Origin: Raillietiella orientalis
Taxonomy: Eukaryota
Direction: 5' to 3'
Assembly (NCBI GenBank): GCA_036172245.1
Contig: JAYWIR010000019.1
Coordinates: 806,001 to 870,000, forward strand
DNA length: 64,000 bases
How positions within the stretch are numbered: position 1 is the stretch's first letter; each line of letters opens with the position of its first letter. The notes under the pieces were generated by a model. It saw only the letters and a list, made by a program, of their open reading frames with translations. It did not search any database and was not told the origin of the DNA. Both the position numbers and the translations under genes were made by a program. Below are positions 50,587-62,283 of the stretch, in pieces.

Positions 50587-52708
50587 TTCTCACTTCGTTG
50601 CGCCGGGGCGTTTATTCTTCCGAATAAAACGAGAGTCTGTGGCTTAACTGGTGGTCCAGCTACGCACGAATAAACAACATTAAGCCTGCCGGGTCACCGG
50701 CTCGCAGTTCGGTACGGTCGACCACGACAACAAAGGAAGTCGGGACAAAACAAAAAGATATAACGAACACTAAAAAAATATATATAAAAACAAGACCTGG
50801 GGGGCACGGGAAGGGATCACAGTCTGCTGCGGAGCCAATTCATCCTTTCTGGGATGCCGGCAAGCTGTTCTTGGATTGGTGAATCCAGATGGGTCCATCC
50901 TGTCGCCGTCCTCATAAATTCGCCTGCGCATTGGACGGCACCCTTATCGCTTGGTCCTCCCGTTGGCTTGCTTCAAGCAGCGACGATCCCGCGAAAGCAG
51001 CACAGAGCTGCTAACGAGGTCGCAGGCCGAAGGGCGTCGGCAACGAAGAGGGCTTTCAATGCGTCCCTGGGGTTGCCGCAGGGGATTCCGGTTGCCGCGG
51101 CGAAGCGGTTCCAAAGGGGCCCAATAGCAACACAATCTATAAGGGGGTAGGGGAGGAACTCCCGTTCTCCACAACTCAAACAATTAGGTTTTACAGTTCC
51201 CCAGGTCCAATGGTGTCGGCGGGCGTTTCAGGGGAGTCCCCAATGAAGCAACAGTAGCGCCGACTCCTGCCATTTTAAAAAGAGGGTTGAAGTGTTCATG
51301 AGCACCGGGGGTCACTTCAAATCTTCCGGCGGAACTTCTAGCAGCTCACCCCAGCGCAAAAGTCCAATAGGGGTGGTAATCCGGGCCGCAGTATCGCAGA
51401 GAACCCCCGTTTTCCATTCCCCGATCTTTTTCTCCGTACCGGAGATTTTCGCGTCCACTTCCCATGCCGCCGCACTATTGCTGTCCAGATGGTCCACGAG
51501 GGAAGACAGCATTGCAGCGAGGGAAGTTTTCCTTGCCCACGCTCGTCTTTCGGGGTTCTCCAGGATCTCCCGGAGCGTGAGGCGTTCGTTGCGCGCAAAC
51601 AGTTGTCTGCGATATTGCTCGGCGCGTTGCTCGTTACTCCTCGCCCACGTGTAAACGGTTTCCTGGAGCCAGGCAGTTCCGTTAACGGGGCGACAAAAGA
51701 GCCATCCCGCGTTCATCCTCATCAGATCAGTCATCCTCCACCGCTGCAAACCGCAGTGGGCGACTTGGCGGCGACGACACAGTGCAAGGAAGGATCACAG
51801 TCCCACCTTGCCGGTGGCCACTTTGACGAGGAGACTTGCAGGCTCGCACCAGCTCCTGCTCCAATACTTCGCCACTAGGGCGAGTAACCGGAACTGGAGC
51901 TGGAGCTCCAGCCGCTCCAGCGTCAGGAGGCCGAGACCGCCGTCCCGACCCGTAGCGCTCAAGTCCACAAGCCGGAACCGGGCCCTTCCTCTGCCCCACA
52001 GGGCAATCCTTAGAGGGTCCTTCGTCCGCTTTTTTTGTCTCTGCAGTGGGGGACAAACAAAAAGTAGGGAATGGACGAGGGGGAGCGCGAACGCGTTCCA
52101 AACCGCGGCCCGTTCAGGCAGGAAAAACCTGCCGCCTCGGAACGGGTCGATCGCCGTCTGTACCTTCTGAAGGCAGCTGGACCACGCATCCGAAGGGAGA
52201 TAATCCCTCATCGGTACACCGAGGTACTTGAAGTACCTCACCGTGGGGATCCCCAAACGGACCCAGTTCTGCTGCCCTGCCCACGCCGCACCAACTGGTA
52301 TCACGGACGACTTCGCTCTGTTCACCGTTAATCCTGTTCCCCGACTCAGCAGGTCAAAGAACTCCTCGACCGCCGAAGCCGGGGTGGACATAGGGAGCAG
52401 CAGCAGAAGGTCGTCCGCGTACGCTGAAACGGCCGGCGTACCGGGGCAGTCGTGCGGCAGGTGCGCCTGAGTTTACCTGTACGCTCTCAGTACCAACTCG
52501 AAGTAGGTACTGAAGAGCAAGGGACTCAGGCTGTCTCCCTGCCGTATCTCACGCCGCACCGGCACGCCGTGCACGGTTTGCCCGCTGAAGAAAACGTTGA
52601 TAAGCGCGTCGCGCCAGCTGGAGCGCAGGTAGGCCAACAAAGAGGCCGGGAAGCCCAAGCGTTCCAGAAGCTCCAACAGGAGATTCTGGTCGACGCAGTC
52701 GAATGCTT
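50587..52708 (-). mobile_element. L1/Tx1-type RT-CCHC-3' UTR
   Basis: AFDCVDQ, RQGDSLSPLLF, AYADD, KYLGVP, RDGGLG, LHWGLP; 3' AATAAACGCCCCGGCGCAAC...TGAGAA. Confidence 0.93.
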
Positions 52709-52719
52709 TGTGCCTGTAC

Positions 52720-53235
52720 GCAAGAACGCCTCCCGAGTGGGATGTCTCACAACTCCTGCTCCCAGAAGGTGCTCCAGCGATCGGGGAGGAGGAGAAAAAG
52801 TTTCTCGACTAGCCATTCACGATGGGCGAGATCATCTCGGCCATCGGAAAGCTCAAGAGGCGCAAGGCTCCAGGGGAGGACGGCCTGCCCGCGGAGTTTT
52901 ATCAAACCTTCGCGGCTGAGCTAACCACCCTGGTACATCAACTCACCTTGCTGATACGCGAGACAGGTGACGTTCCCGCCTCGTTTTGTTCGGAAAAGGT
53001 GCGGCTCCTCCCTAAGGAAGGGGATCTGAGGAGCATGAACAACTGGCGTCCCATCACAGAGGCGGAGCAGAGCGTTTTGGCAGAGCGTAAGGTTTGGGCA
53101 GAGCGTTTGGGACGGGTTGCAAACGTTTTCATTAGCCCGGAACAGACATGTGCTGTTCCCGGGCGAAGCATGGAGGCGAACCTATTCCACGCTTCCACAT
53201 GGTTAGAGCTCCAACAAGGAAAGGCTTTATTGAGC
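52720..53235 (+). pseudogene. Inverted RT N-terminal segment (probable 5' inversion of the 50587-52708 element)
   Basis: KAPGEDGLPAEFY, WRPIT, EQTCAVPGRSMEAN. Confidence 0.88.
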
Positions 53236-53239
53236 AACC

Positions 53240-53690
53240 GGAATTCTGGTGAGGCCGTCGCAACTTTTCCTCGTTTGCCGACCCCTGGGCACAGGTCGGC
53301 GTCGATGAAGACATGGTCGATGCTGCGGGCCATTCCCTTAGCGTCCACCAACAAGTTGCGCGTGCGCATGGCAGCGCACAACTCGTTGGCCGTGCGTTCC
53401 TGTGCTTCGGGCTCACCTGACAGCAGACGGAGATTAAAATCCCCCTCCATTAGGTGAGCATTCCGCACGTTCGTTTCTGCCAGCCAATCGCGCTTTAGCC
53501 TTAACTTCTCCCTGCCTGCGATTCGATTGCAGGAGATTTGCCACTTCGGCGTCCGGCTGCTATGAAGCGCCCTTCTCAGGAAGGGCATCTCCGTAGCGAG
53601 GGGTGTTCTCTCCGCCCACGTGCAGCTCGCGGGAAATTCCAGTATTTCCCTCAGAGTGCAGCGGGCGTATATGCCGGCCCGCACGCAGTA
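53240..53690 (-). pseudogene. Fused APE fragment and post-RT fragment of L1/Tx1-type elements
   Basis: GDFNLRLLSG...IDHVFID (53240-53500); LREILE...PKWQISC..IAGREKL (53500-53690). Confidence 0.8.
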
Positions 53691-56072
53691 CCTCGCCAAA
53701 CTCTGGGCTGAGCTGCTGGGATGGGTAGCGGAATCCGTGGTCAGTCCGGAACAGACTTCGGCTGTTCCCGGACGAACCATGGAGGCCAACCTGTTCCTCG
53801 CCAGCACCTTTTGGCAGTTGCAACAACGCTAGGCGCAGCTAGGTCGGGAGAGTCCTGGACTCTCCACTGACCAAGGGGAAGGAAGCCAGGGGGAAGATGC
53901 GGCTCCCGGAGCCCTTGCGGTCGCACTCGATTAGCGAGAAGCTTTACACTGCGTCGACCAGGAACTCCCTCTGGAACTCTTGAAACGCATGGGATTTCCG
54001 GCCGACTTCCTGCCTACCTGCGCTCCTGCTGGCGCTTCGCGTTAATTAATATCAATTTCAGCGGCCGGCACGTGTACGGCGTGCCGGTTCGTCGCGGCAT
54101 CCGGCAGGGTGACAGCCTGAGTCCCCTGCTTTTCAGCATCTACTTTCAGTTGGTGCTGAGAGCATACAGGGAGACTTTGGCAACCCTGCCGAGCTCGTGT
54201 CCCGGCACGCCTGCCGTGTCGGCCTATGCCGACGACCTCCTGCCTCTGCTTCCTGGGTCCACACCGGCATCGGCGCTCGATGATTTCTTCAAGTTGCTGC
54301 GCCGTGGGACATGCCTCGAGGTGAACAGGACGAAGTCGTCGATCATCTTCTCTGACTCGTCGCAGGCAGGACGGTCGGACCGGATCCTCTTGAGGATCCC
54401 CACGGGCGGGTACACCAAGTACCTTGGCGTTCCGTTGGGGGAATTCTGCATTGCAGAAGCCTGGTCCGACCGTCTTCAAAAGGTGGAGTTAGCGATCGGC
54501 CCGTTCCGGGACGGCAAGTTTTACTTGCAGGAACCGGCCGCGGTGTGGAACGCCTTTGCGGCCCCCCTCCTTCACCCCCTACTTTTTGTGTGTTCCGCCC
54601 CTCCCCAAATTAGGACAAGGACAAAGGGCCTCATTAGAAACACCCTCTGGGACAATCGGAGGCCCCGCGTCCGGCTTAAAGACTTGTGGGCTCCACGCAG
54701 GGACGGTGGACTCCTGACGTTGGAGCGCATGGAGCGACAGCTCCAATTTAGAAAACTTGCCCTTGTGGCAAAGTTTTGGACAGCACCCTGGTGTGCTCCA
54801 TTGAAACTCCTCGCCCACAGGGCAACCGGCTGCCACGGATTGACCTCAATCCTGGTAGCCAACGACCGTAGCCTGAACCATTGTGGGTTTTAGCTACGCG
54901 ATCTGGTTGCCCTGGTGAGCGAGAATCCGTGTATCTCCTGCATCCCCGCGGACTGGACTACCTGGCTCCAGGAGTCCGTTTCCGCGTGGGCCAAAATTAG
55001 CGGCTGCAGCGATGAGGACTTCTCCTGCCTCCGTAGAGGCAGGTACGCTGGTCAGCCCCTGCGGGAGATCGTTTCCAACCCACAAAAGCTTTTCTGGGCT
55101 TCATTCACCTCCCTTGCCCCCGTGCTGCCCTCACTCAGAGAAGCCAGGGACAGCCAAGAGGGGGCTTCTTACGAAGTGTCCTGCCTCATCGGAGGCAGGA
55201 AAAAACTGATCAAGGCGTGGACGTCCCGGGAACTAGAGGACGCTACAACCCCGAGTGTCCCGCCAAATGGAATTGTGCGCTGGGGCGAGCTGCTCGGCAT
55301 GCCTCCGGAGGAGGTGAAGTGGCCCCCGGCGTATTGGGACAGTGACACCCTCCCTTGGATTGACAGGAGACGGACTGCTTGTGCTCCATTGGGGACTTTT
55401 GAGCAGAGCACGCCTGTCTCACTAGACATTGGGGAGATTGGATGCCCATTGTACAGAATGTGGGGAAAGGGAGACCTTCCCCCACTTACTAATCGAATGT
55501 GTTGGCCTCCGCCACGCGTGGGATCGACTCTCGTCGGCCATAAACGTAGCGGTGGGCGACCCTAAAAATATTTTTCGTCTCCTCCTGATGCGGAACTGCG
55601 TGTCAGGTGCCGCGTGTGTTGAAGTTCTCTGCTGCATACGAGGAATATTGAACAAGTGGAACGCGTCGATAAGAGGCCGCAGTAGTCGGAATGCCATCCA
55701 CTGGGCGGTCATCTCCATGGAGAAGGCTTCCCGTTGGCGCCGGCTAAGGAAAATTCTGCCAGCACTTGTCTGTATCCAGAACCAGATGCAGAGGCCCCCC
55801 ACGGCGTACTGTAATCCCTTCCCTTCCCTCCCATCCCCCATAAACATTATCCTCCAAGGGTTTTCCTTTTTTTTTTGTTTTTTCTCTTTTTCCCGTCCCC
55901 TTCGCCAGTGGAGAGGACGACCTTACCGGCATACTGGTCGGAAAGGACAGGTGCATAAAACAGTATGAACAATGTGTTCTGACTGGAACACAAATACAGA
56001 CGTCAGGACTATATTATAAAATAGATAATTGTACAATTTTTAATAATAAAAGCCCCGGCTTACCAGGGTGAA
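53690..56072 (+). mobile_element. 5'-truncated L1/Tx1-type element (RT, CCHC, 3' UTR)
   Basis: GIRQGDSLSPLLF, AYADD, KYLGVP, CTECGERETFPHLLIEC; ends AATAAAAGCCCCGGCTTACCAGGGTGAAGA. Confidence 0.95.
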
Positions 56073-56075
56073 GAT

Positions 56076-56201
56076 CCACTGCCGAGGAGAGTCACACCGG
56101 GCTGCGTCCCAGCAGGTCCGGTGTTGTGTGGCCATTAGTGGGGCCTCGTACCACGTTCTGAAGAGTTTTTTCAATAAACGCTCCGGCGTACCCGGGTGAC
56201 A
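56076..56201 (+). mobile_element. ~125-bp 3' UTR-only copy related to 6501-6630
   Basis: CCACTGCCGAGGAGAG...GGGCTGCGTCCC...GTACCACGTT shared; ends AATAAACGCTCCGGCGTACCCGGGTGACAA. Confidence 0.85.
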
Positions 56202-58620
56202 ACGCCAAATCCGTGGACCGGGTCAGGCGGTCCATGGGGAACTGCTCGCAGAACTCCCAGACCGATTCCTTAAAAAGCTCCCAGTCCTGGAGTCTTTGGA
56301 GTGTGACGCCTCTCAGGAATTCGCGAAGATGTTCCTTCGCACCTGAGAGTCGCGTCAAGTCCCCCGGCAGACACCACGCCCTGGATGGCGGCCCCTTGTC
56401 GCGCGGGAGCATCTCGAAAATTAACCGGGAATGGTCCGACAGCGTCGGCGCAAGCTTCCCCCGTTTGCCGACCCGTGAACACAGGTCAGCGTCGAGCAAG
56501 ACGTGGTCGATGCTGTGGACCATTCCCCTCTCACCCGCAAACAAGTTGCGCGCGCGCATGGCGGCGCACAACTCGTTCATCGCGTTCTCCTGTGCTTGGA
56601 GCTAACCTGATAGCAGGCATTGAAGTTTATCACTTGGTCACGCCGGGGTGTTTATTTATAATAAACCGGTCAGGGACAATGTCCCTAACCAACACAACGA
56701 CAGAGAGCAAAGAGAAGTTACCGACACGCAGGCCGAGTAAACAAACCGCTCGCAACATGGGAGGAGTAAGGGGATAACATAAACAACATAAACGGGAGGG
56801 AAGGGTAACGGATCTTTGGCGAGGCTCCGTACTCACGGGGATTCAAACAAGGAGCACCTGGAATGTTACGGGGACTAAGGGGACGAATGTGGAAAAAAAA
56901 AAGAAACTAACTCATGCAGGGTGGGGCAAGGATTGCCGGGTGGGCCACTGCGGAGCGTGTGAAAACCGGCGGTGTATATCGGCGAGATCCCTTCTTGACT
57001 CCTGACAAATGAAGCCATCTGGCGGTTGCTTCTATGTAGGAGGATGCTTTGCCGATCACCTCTTGGTGCTGCCCGTTGATTAACAGCGCCTGAAGGGCTG
57101 ACACTATGGCGCGTATGCAACCGATGGTTGCAATCCTGGCACTTGTGGACAGCCCGCTCGGCGTGAAGAATCGTCGCAAGTCTCTTGCGGTGTCCACAGG
57201 ATGCAAGAGTGCTGTTGTTAGCCTCCTCCAGGGTCCTTGTAGGACACCGCAGTCCAGAAGTAGGTGCGGGTTCTACTCCGTTGTCCCGCAGACGCAAGTC
57301 TCCCGGAGACACGATGCCGACGCTGGTTGCACTAAAAAACCCCAGTGACCAAGAACAGCACGGCTTGTTTTCATACGAGGGGGAGCAGCGAACTGTCTAG
57401 AAACTGTGGAGGAACTACAAGTTCTTCGGGGTTGACACCAAGTTCCACACCCCACCGAAAGAGTCCCTTCGCAGTAACACGAGGAGTGGAGGCGTCCGCC
57501 AACTCACTCGTCTTTCAGGCGCCAAGGAGTTTGGTTTTTCCCGCTATCGTGCAGGAAACCTCCCACCTCGCCGGTTGGCAACTGTCGCTTCTTGCCCTGA
57601 GGGTAGACAGCGCTGGGGAGAGAGGCGTAGCAGGCAAGATAGAAAATTTCACCTCGTGCTGCAGTATCTCTTCCAAAGGTCGCGGAAGAAGATGGCAGGA
57701 GGCGAAGATCTTCATGGAGCATTCCTTGGAACGCCGCCCAGGATTCAACAGACTCCTGCCGCCAAGCGTCGAAGTTCATTGGACGGCAGGAGATCCACGA
57801 GTGGGCGTATAGAAGTTCGGCCAATTGCCGCAAGGAATAGCCGAAACCTCGCTTCCTGTATTAGGTGCCCGGAAACAGCCAGAGCAGTCCTCCGCTGCCG
57901 GTGCATCTCCTCAGGAGGATGCGTGCAGGCACACACGGGGGGCTGTCCACAGCTGGGCATACAGTGCCAGCAGTCGGAACTGCACCTGCAGTCCGATTCG
58001 CTCCATTGTCAGGATACCCAAACCAGCATCCCGACGTAGAGCCGTCAAGTCTTTCAGGAGGATCCTGGATCTCGCCGGACCCCAAAAAGCGTTCCTGAGC
58101 AGGCGTTGAGCCCGCTGTTTTGGTAGATTGAAGTTTATCACCCGGTCACGCCGGGGCAGGTAGATTGAAGTCTCCCCCTATCAGGTGAGCCTTCCACACG
58201 TTCGTGTCAGCCAGCCAGTCGCGCTTCAGGGTTTCCAGCAACACTGTGCTTTCGCGGTAACCCTGCTTGCCGATGGGGGCGAACACGTTTGTGACGATCA
58301 GTTCGATCGAGTCGGACCACCTGAGAATCAGCTGGCCGACCCGACCGTCGTCATCAAAGCGCACGCCCTTCACGGCCGCGTCGACGGCTGGCTTCACGAA
58401 GGACGCGACCCCACAGGAGTTGCGGACGCCGTATTGCCGGTACAACCGACCCCCCGCGATCGTCTCGATCTCCTGGACGTCTGCCGCGGTGATCATGTGG
58501 ATCTCCTGCAACAGGGCCAGGTCGAACTCTCGCAGGGTGTCGGCCGTGTCCCGTCTGCTGCCGTCGTCGCGCAGCCCGTTGACATTCCTACAGGCCACGC
58601 GGATACGACGGCGACAGGCG
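56202..58620 (-). mobile_element. APE domain (58159-58620 and 56202-56626) split at GDFN by a 1.5-kb 3' fragment (56627-58121) and a 24-bp hairpin insert (58135-58158)
   Basis: CRNVNGL, LQEIH, GGDFN on one side; IDHVLLD, SDH on the other; GGTAGATTGAAGT duplicated at 58122-58134 and 58159-58171. Confidence 0.85.
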
Positions 58621-60249
58621 AACCCAGGGTTTACTCCTGGGAAAGTGGCGCTGCGGCGTCCACCACCTGTTGGGGCGGGACGCTAGGAGTATGAGGGAGT
58701 GAAGCTTCGGGCACCTGATCCCCCTCCTGAATGGGTGCCTGTGTGTCCGGCGGCTCCCACGAACGCACCCTCGTGTAGCGCGGACAGTGTTCAAAGAGAT
58801 TCGTGACCTCCCTCATTAGGATGCGGACGGTTCTTCAGCATTCCTTGTGCATCGAAAAAAGGATCTGCGACGACGCGGTGGTGCCGACGTGATGCGCTTT
58901 TCCGTCGTCAGTCTCTCTAGCGTCATCAAGACAGAGCGCTGCGCGTCACCGAGGACAACATTGACACTGGCGAAGGAGCTCGGTGGACGCCGAGGGAGAG
59001 GTGGTGATGGGACTCTGAAAGAGGATCCTCGAAGGCATCGGCGGCATCTCTGGCCTCTCGGAAGGCTGCGCAGGCTGCCGGCTGCCAAGCAGCACCTTTC
59101 GTGGCGGGTGATTCCGTAGCCCTTCGGATACTGAGCCGGGCTCAATGAGGACGCCGTCCGGGTAAAGGGGCTGTCCCTCTCAGCGCACCTGGAGGGAGTC
59201 GGAGCCGACGCGGCGTCTCCAGCAAAGGGTGCGCGTCGTGACGGCTTACATCGCAGAAAAGGGGAGCAGAAAAGACCAGCTGACGATGGAGAAGCTCGGG
59301 CACTCAGAAGACTCCTGTCTCTGCGGATAGGAGAACGGGAAATTCTGCGTGGGGAGCGTCCCGGACGGGGGCAGTGGCAGGTCGAGAGAGGCAGCACCCC
59401 CGTGACACGAGGGATGCTGATAGAAACATCCGAAGGTTCAAGCCCCCGGGAAGCCACCTCACCATTGACCAAAGACGCTAATAGTCCTCTTCCTCGAGTG
59501 AAATCCTGGATTGAAAGACTGGTAGAGAATGGAGAATTGGAATCCATGGAAACCAGAATTCACTCCGGAATCAAAGCATGCCGCATTTCCCGGATCCATG
59601 CGACCTCAACCAGAGGATTGTGGGATAAAGAAAAAAATCCAGAAGGAGTGGTGACTCCTGAACGTACGCACGCTGGGTGCGCTCCCTCGGCGACGTGAGT
59701 CCGGGAGGGAAATCCCTGCGAAATCCCTGTCGAAAGACCTATCAGGTGCTTCAACATTGAGAGCCCGCAACTTCGCCCATCTTATGATGATGCTCCTGAT
59801 GTTGAGGGGGCGGTAGGGCGTACCATGGTGTTGTCGAGGAACTTTTTTTTTCCTTCGAACATTCCTGTTAAAATCTCTGTTTTCATTTTCTTCTGCATGC
59901 CATTCAGCACCTTCAGCGCAGTCCAGCCCTGGAGCAGCGTCAGAACATGGGAAAACGTAGAGCTGGGTTACTGTCCCCACAGGCTTTCCAGAGTTCATCT
60001 CAGCTATTACCTGTCCAATGTTTCAGTCGGGAGTTACTAAGAATGCTTCCGTGGTAATGCATTAGGAGGTCATCCTCAGCATCTGGTGGTAAGTCGCTCC
60101 TACACATCTCTCTGCCAACCGCTAACAGTTCACGTTGCGGATCCCGTGGCTCTTGGCGGCCTCGTGCAGTGCGTCGTCTTGGGTTCATATGTTTCTTCAT
60201 TTCCTCATGGATGCTGCCTCTGATGATCAGGTGCTACTCATTGGTAGCT

Positions 60250-61800
60250 CGATGCTTCCAGAGTTCGCGAGTCATGTGGTTGAATCTTCCTATTATCCTT
60301 TTGATCTCAAGACACAGTCGCATTCTTTGGCTGTTGCTACTCTTGGCGCACTGTCTGCAGTCAAGGATTCACGTTCCTAGCCTTTGAATCATCCATTTCT
60401 AGGTCTCTCAAGGGACTCTAACGAAATAAGGTATCACCACGGCCAGCTCCCCCTGACACAGTTCTTCACCTCGAGGCATCATCTTGAATTGGTAATTCAT
60501 CACCGGTGACTGTTGCTTCTTCCACGTGAGATCGATGTTCCTCGGTCTCTGTACTTCCCTATTAAGGCTGATGTCAGGCCTCTCGAGTTGTCAGTCAACT
60601 CCGCATAAACTGCATGTGCCACATAAGGCCATTCGTCCCATTTTCTGGTGAGATTCAGGAGTTTTCGTGCATCCATGTCTTCCAAGTCTTGGTCCAGCAA
60701 CTTCATCCCGGTCCCACCTTTCTCTCACAAGCGACATAAGACTTTTAGCCGTACCCGTGGCTTGCACTCTCTCTGCAGGATCTTCCTTCGAAGCTGCTCT
60801 ACTTTCATCCTCGTTCTCTTATCTAGTCGACAGAAGACCGCTCCGAAGAGCACCTTGGAAAGAAGAACTTCCTTCGACAAGTTGACCTGCAGTTTCGTGC
60901 TGGAGTCCGCGCGGATGTACTTCATTGCAAGAATTTCTGTCCACAGCGTTTGCGAAGCTGAGGTTTCTCCGGTGTGGATTCCCAGGTAACCTAACTTTAT
61001 CCACCACTCTGAGACTTTCTTTCGTTAGTGTGGAAAGATCCTGGTTTCCGATGGACAACAGTTTTCCATTGCTGTGACCACTTGCAGAAATGCGTGCTTT
61101 TCGTCTTTCATAAAGAAGAGAAGATCATCCGTATGCTAGATGGGTCAGGTGGTCGTCTCCGATTGTGAGTACTTGGAGGCGGGAACTTTTCGGTCACAAT
61201 CGACGACACAGCTCCCATGTAAATCACGAACAGCATCGGACTTAGGGAGTCCTTGACGAACACCACTTTCTTTGAGGATTGCCTTCCCCTTGTATCCGTT
61301 GATTCGGATTTCGAAATGCACTTTTCTGAGGGTCATCTGCACATACTCCAGGAAGCACTGTGGATAGATGTTGACGCAGGAACCTCGAGCTACTTTCCTG
61401 TTTCCGTAGGCTAAGATTGCCTCGAAGCCATATATAAACCCATATATACTTATATATGGGTTTACCTACCATAGAACATCTTCCAGCTTTCCAGATACGT
61501 CGAAAGTCACCGGAAGGCGTTATCACTGAAGCAATGTCCCATTCCAACTTCCCCCGCATTATCGGCAAGCTTTACGCCTGCAGGACTCTCGAAAATTCTA
61601 AAATGCTTGCTTTTGGTGATTTGAGGTCTTTTGAGGACATTATATGGATCCTTAGAACAATCAGATTCAGCTTCATGATTAGGTGATAGATAAGACTGCT
61701 TTTCGATTTTTCTTTATTGGGACAACGATGCTTTTCCAAATGTGTTTTCAAAATTCGGTGCAAAAGGGGCTTGCTTTTGGGGGGGAGGAACGATGATTTT
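60250..61800 (-). pseudogene. Degraded non-LTR (L1-like) RT region
   Basis: IRING...SGVRQG, AYG/YTDD-like remnant near 61125-61135, VRLPG, CKPRVRLKVLC (cf. PRVRLKDLW). Confidence 0.65.
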
Positions 61801-62283
61801 TCCAAGTATAGTAACTCTTTTTAGTTTTTCAAAGAAATGATGAGAAGTTACTTATAAAATTAGTTATAGTTGTGTTTGATTCACTTGCATGTGGTAATTA
61901 TTTTGGATTACAGAAGATTTTGGTCCTCTCAATTTGTTTACGTATTCACTGTTGGATTTCTTTTTTACTATTTTCATCATTTAAAAATGCAGATTTATCC
62001 TCTTTACAACCCAAAAGGAACAGAATGGCTTTCACAACTGTATAAATACCGTACTACAAAAAACTAAAAAACCGAATGGCAATGAAAGCCGATTTCGTCG
62101 TTCGGGATTTGGTATGCTTGTGACCCAGACAAAACTGGTAAATAGCGACCCGCAGTGCAATGCATTTTAGAACTTGAGAATGTCCAGCTTCAACAGGTGC
62201 ACGTTGTTATTGAGAGAATAAAAGTATGGGGAATTTATTCGGGAGCACAAAGCTGCCCGGTTGCATTTTCAATGTTAATCCAG

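Noticed and set aside
45422..50591. TCGCTTCTC (U2 nt 2-10) at 45422, 50583 and reverse at ~1858
   Set aside because: Only 9 nt; explained by the element terminus plus homologous host flank, or by chance
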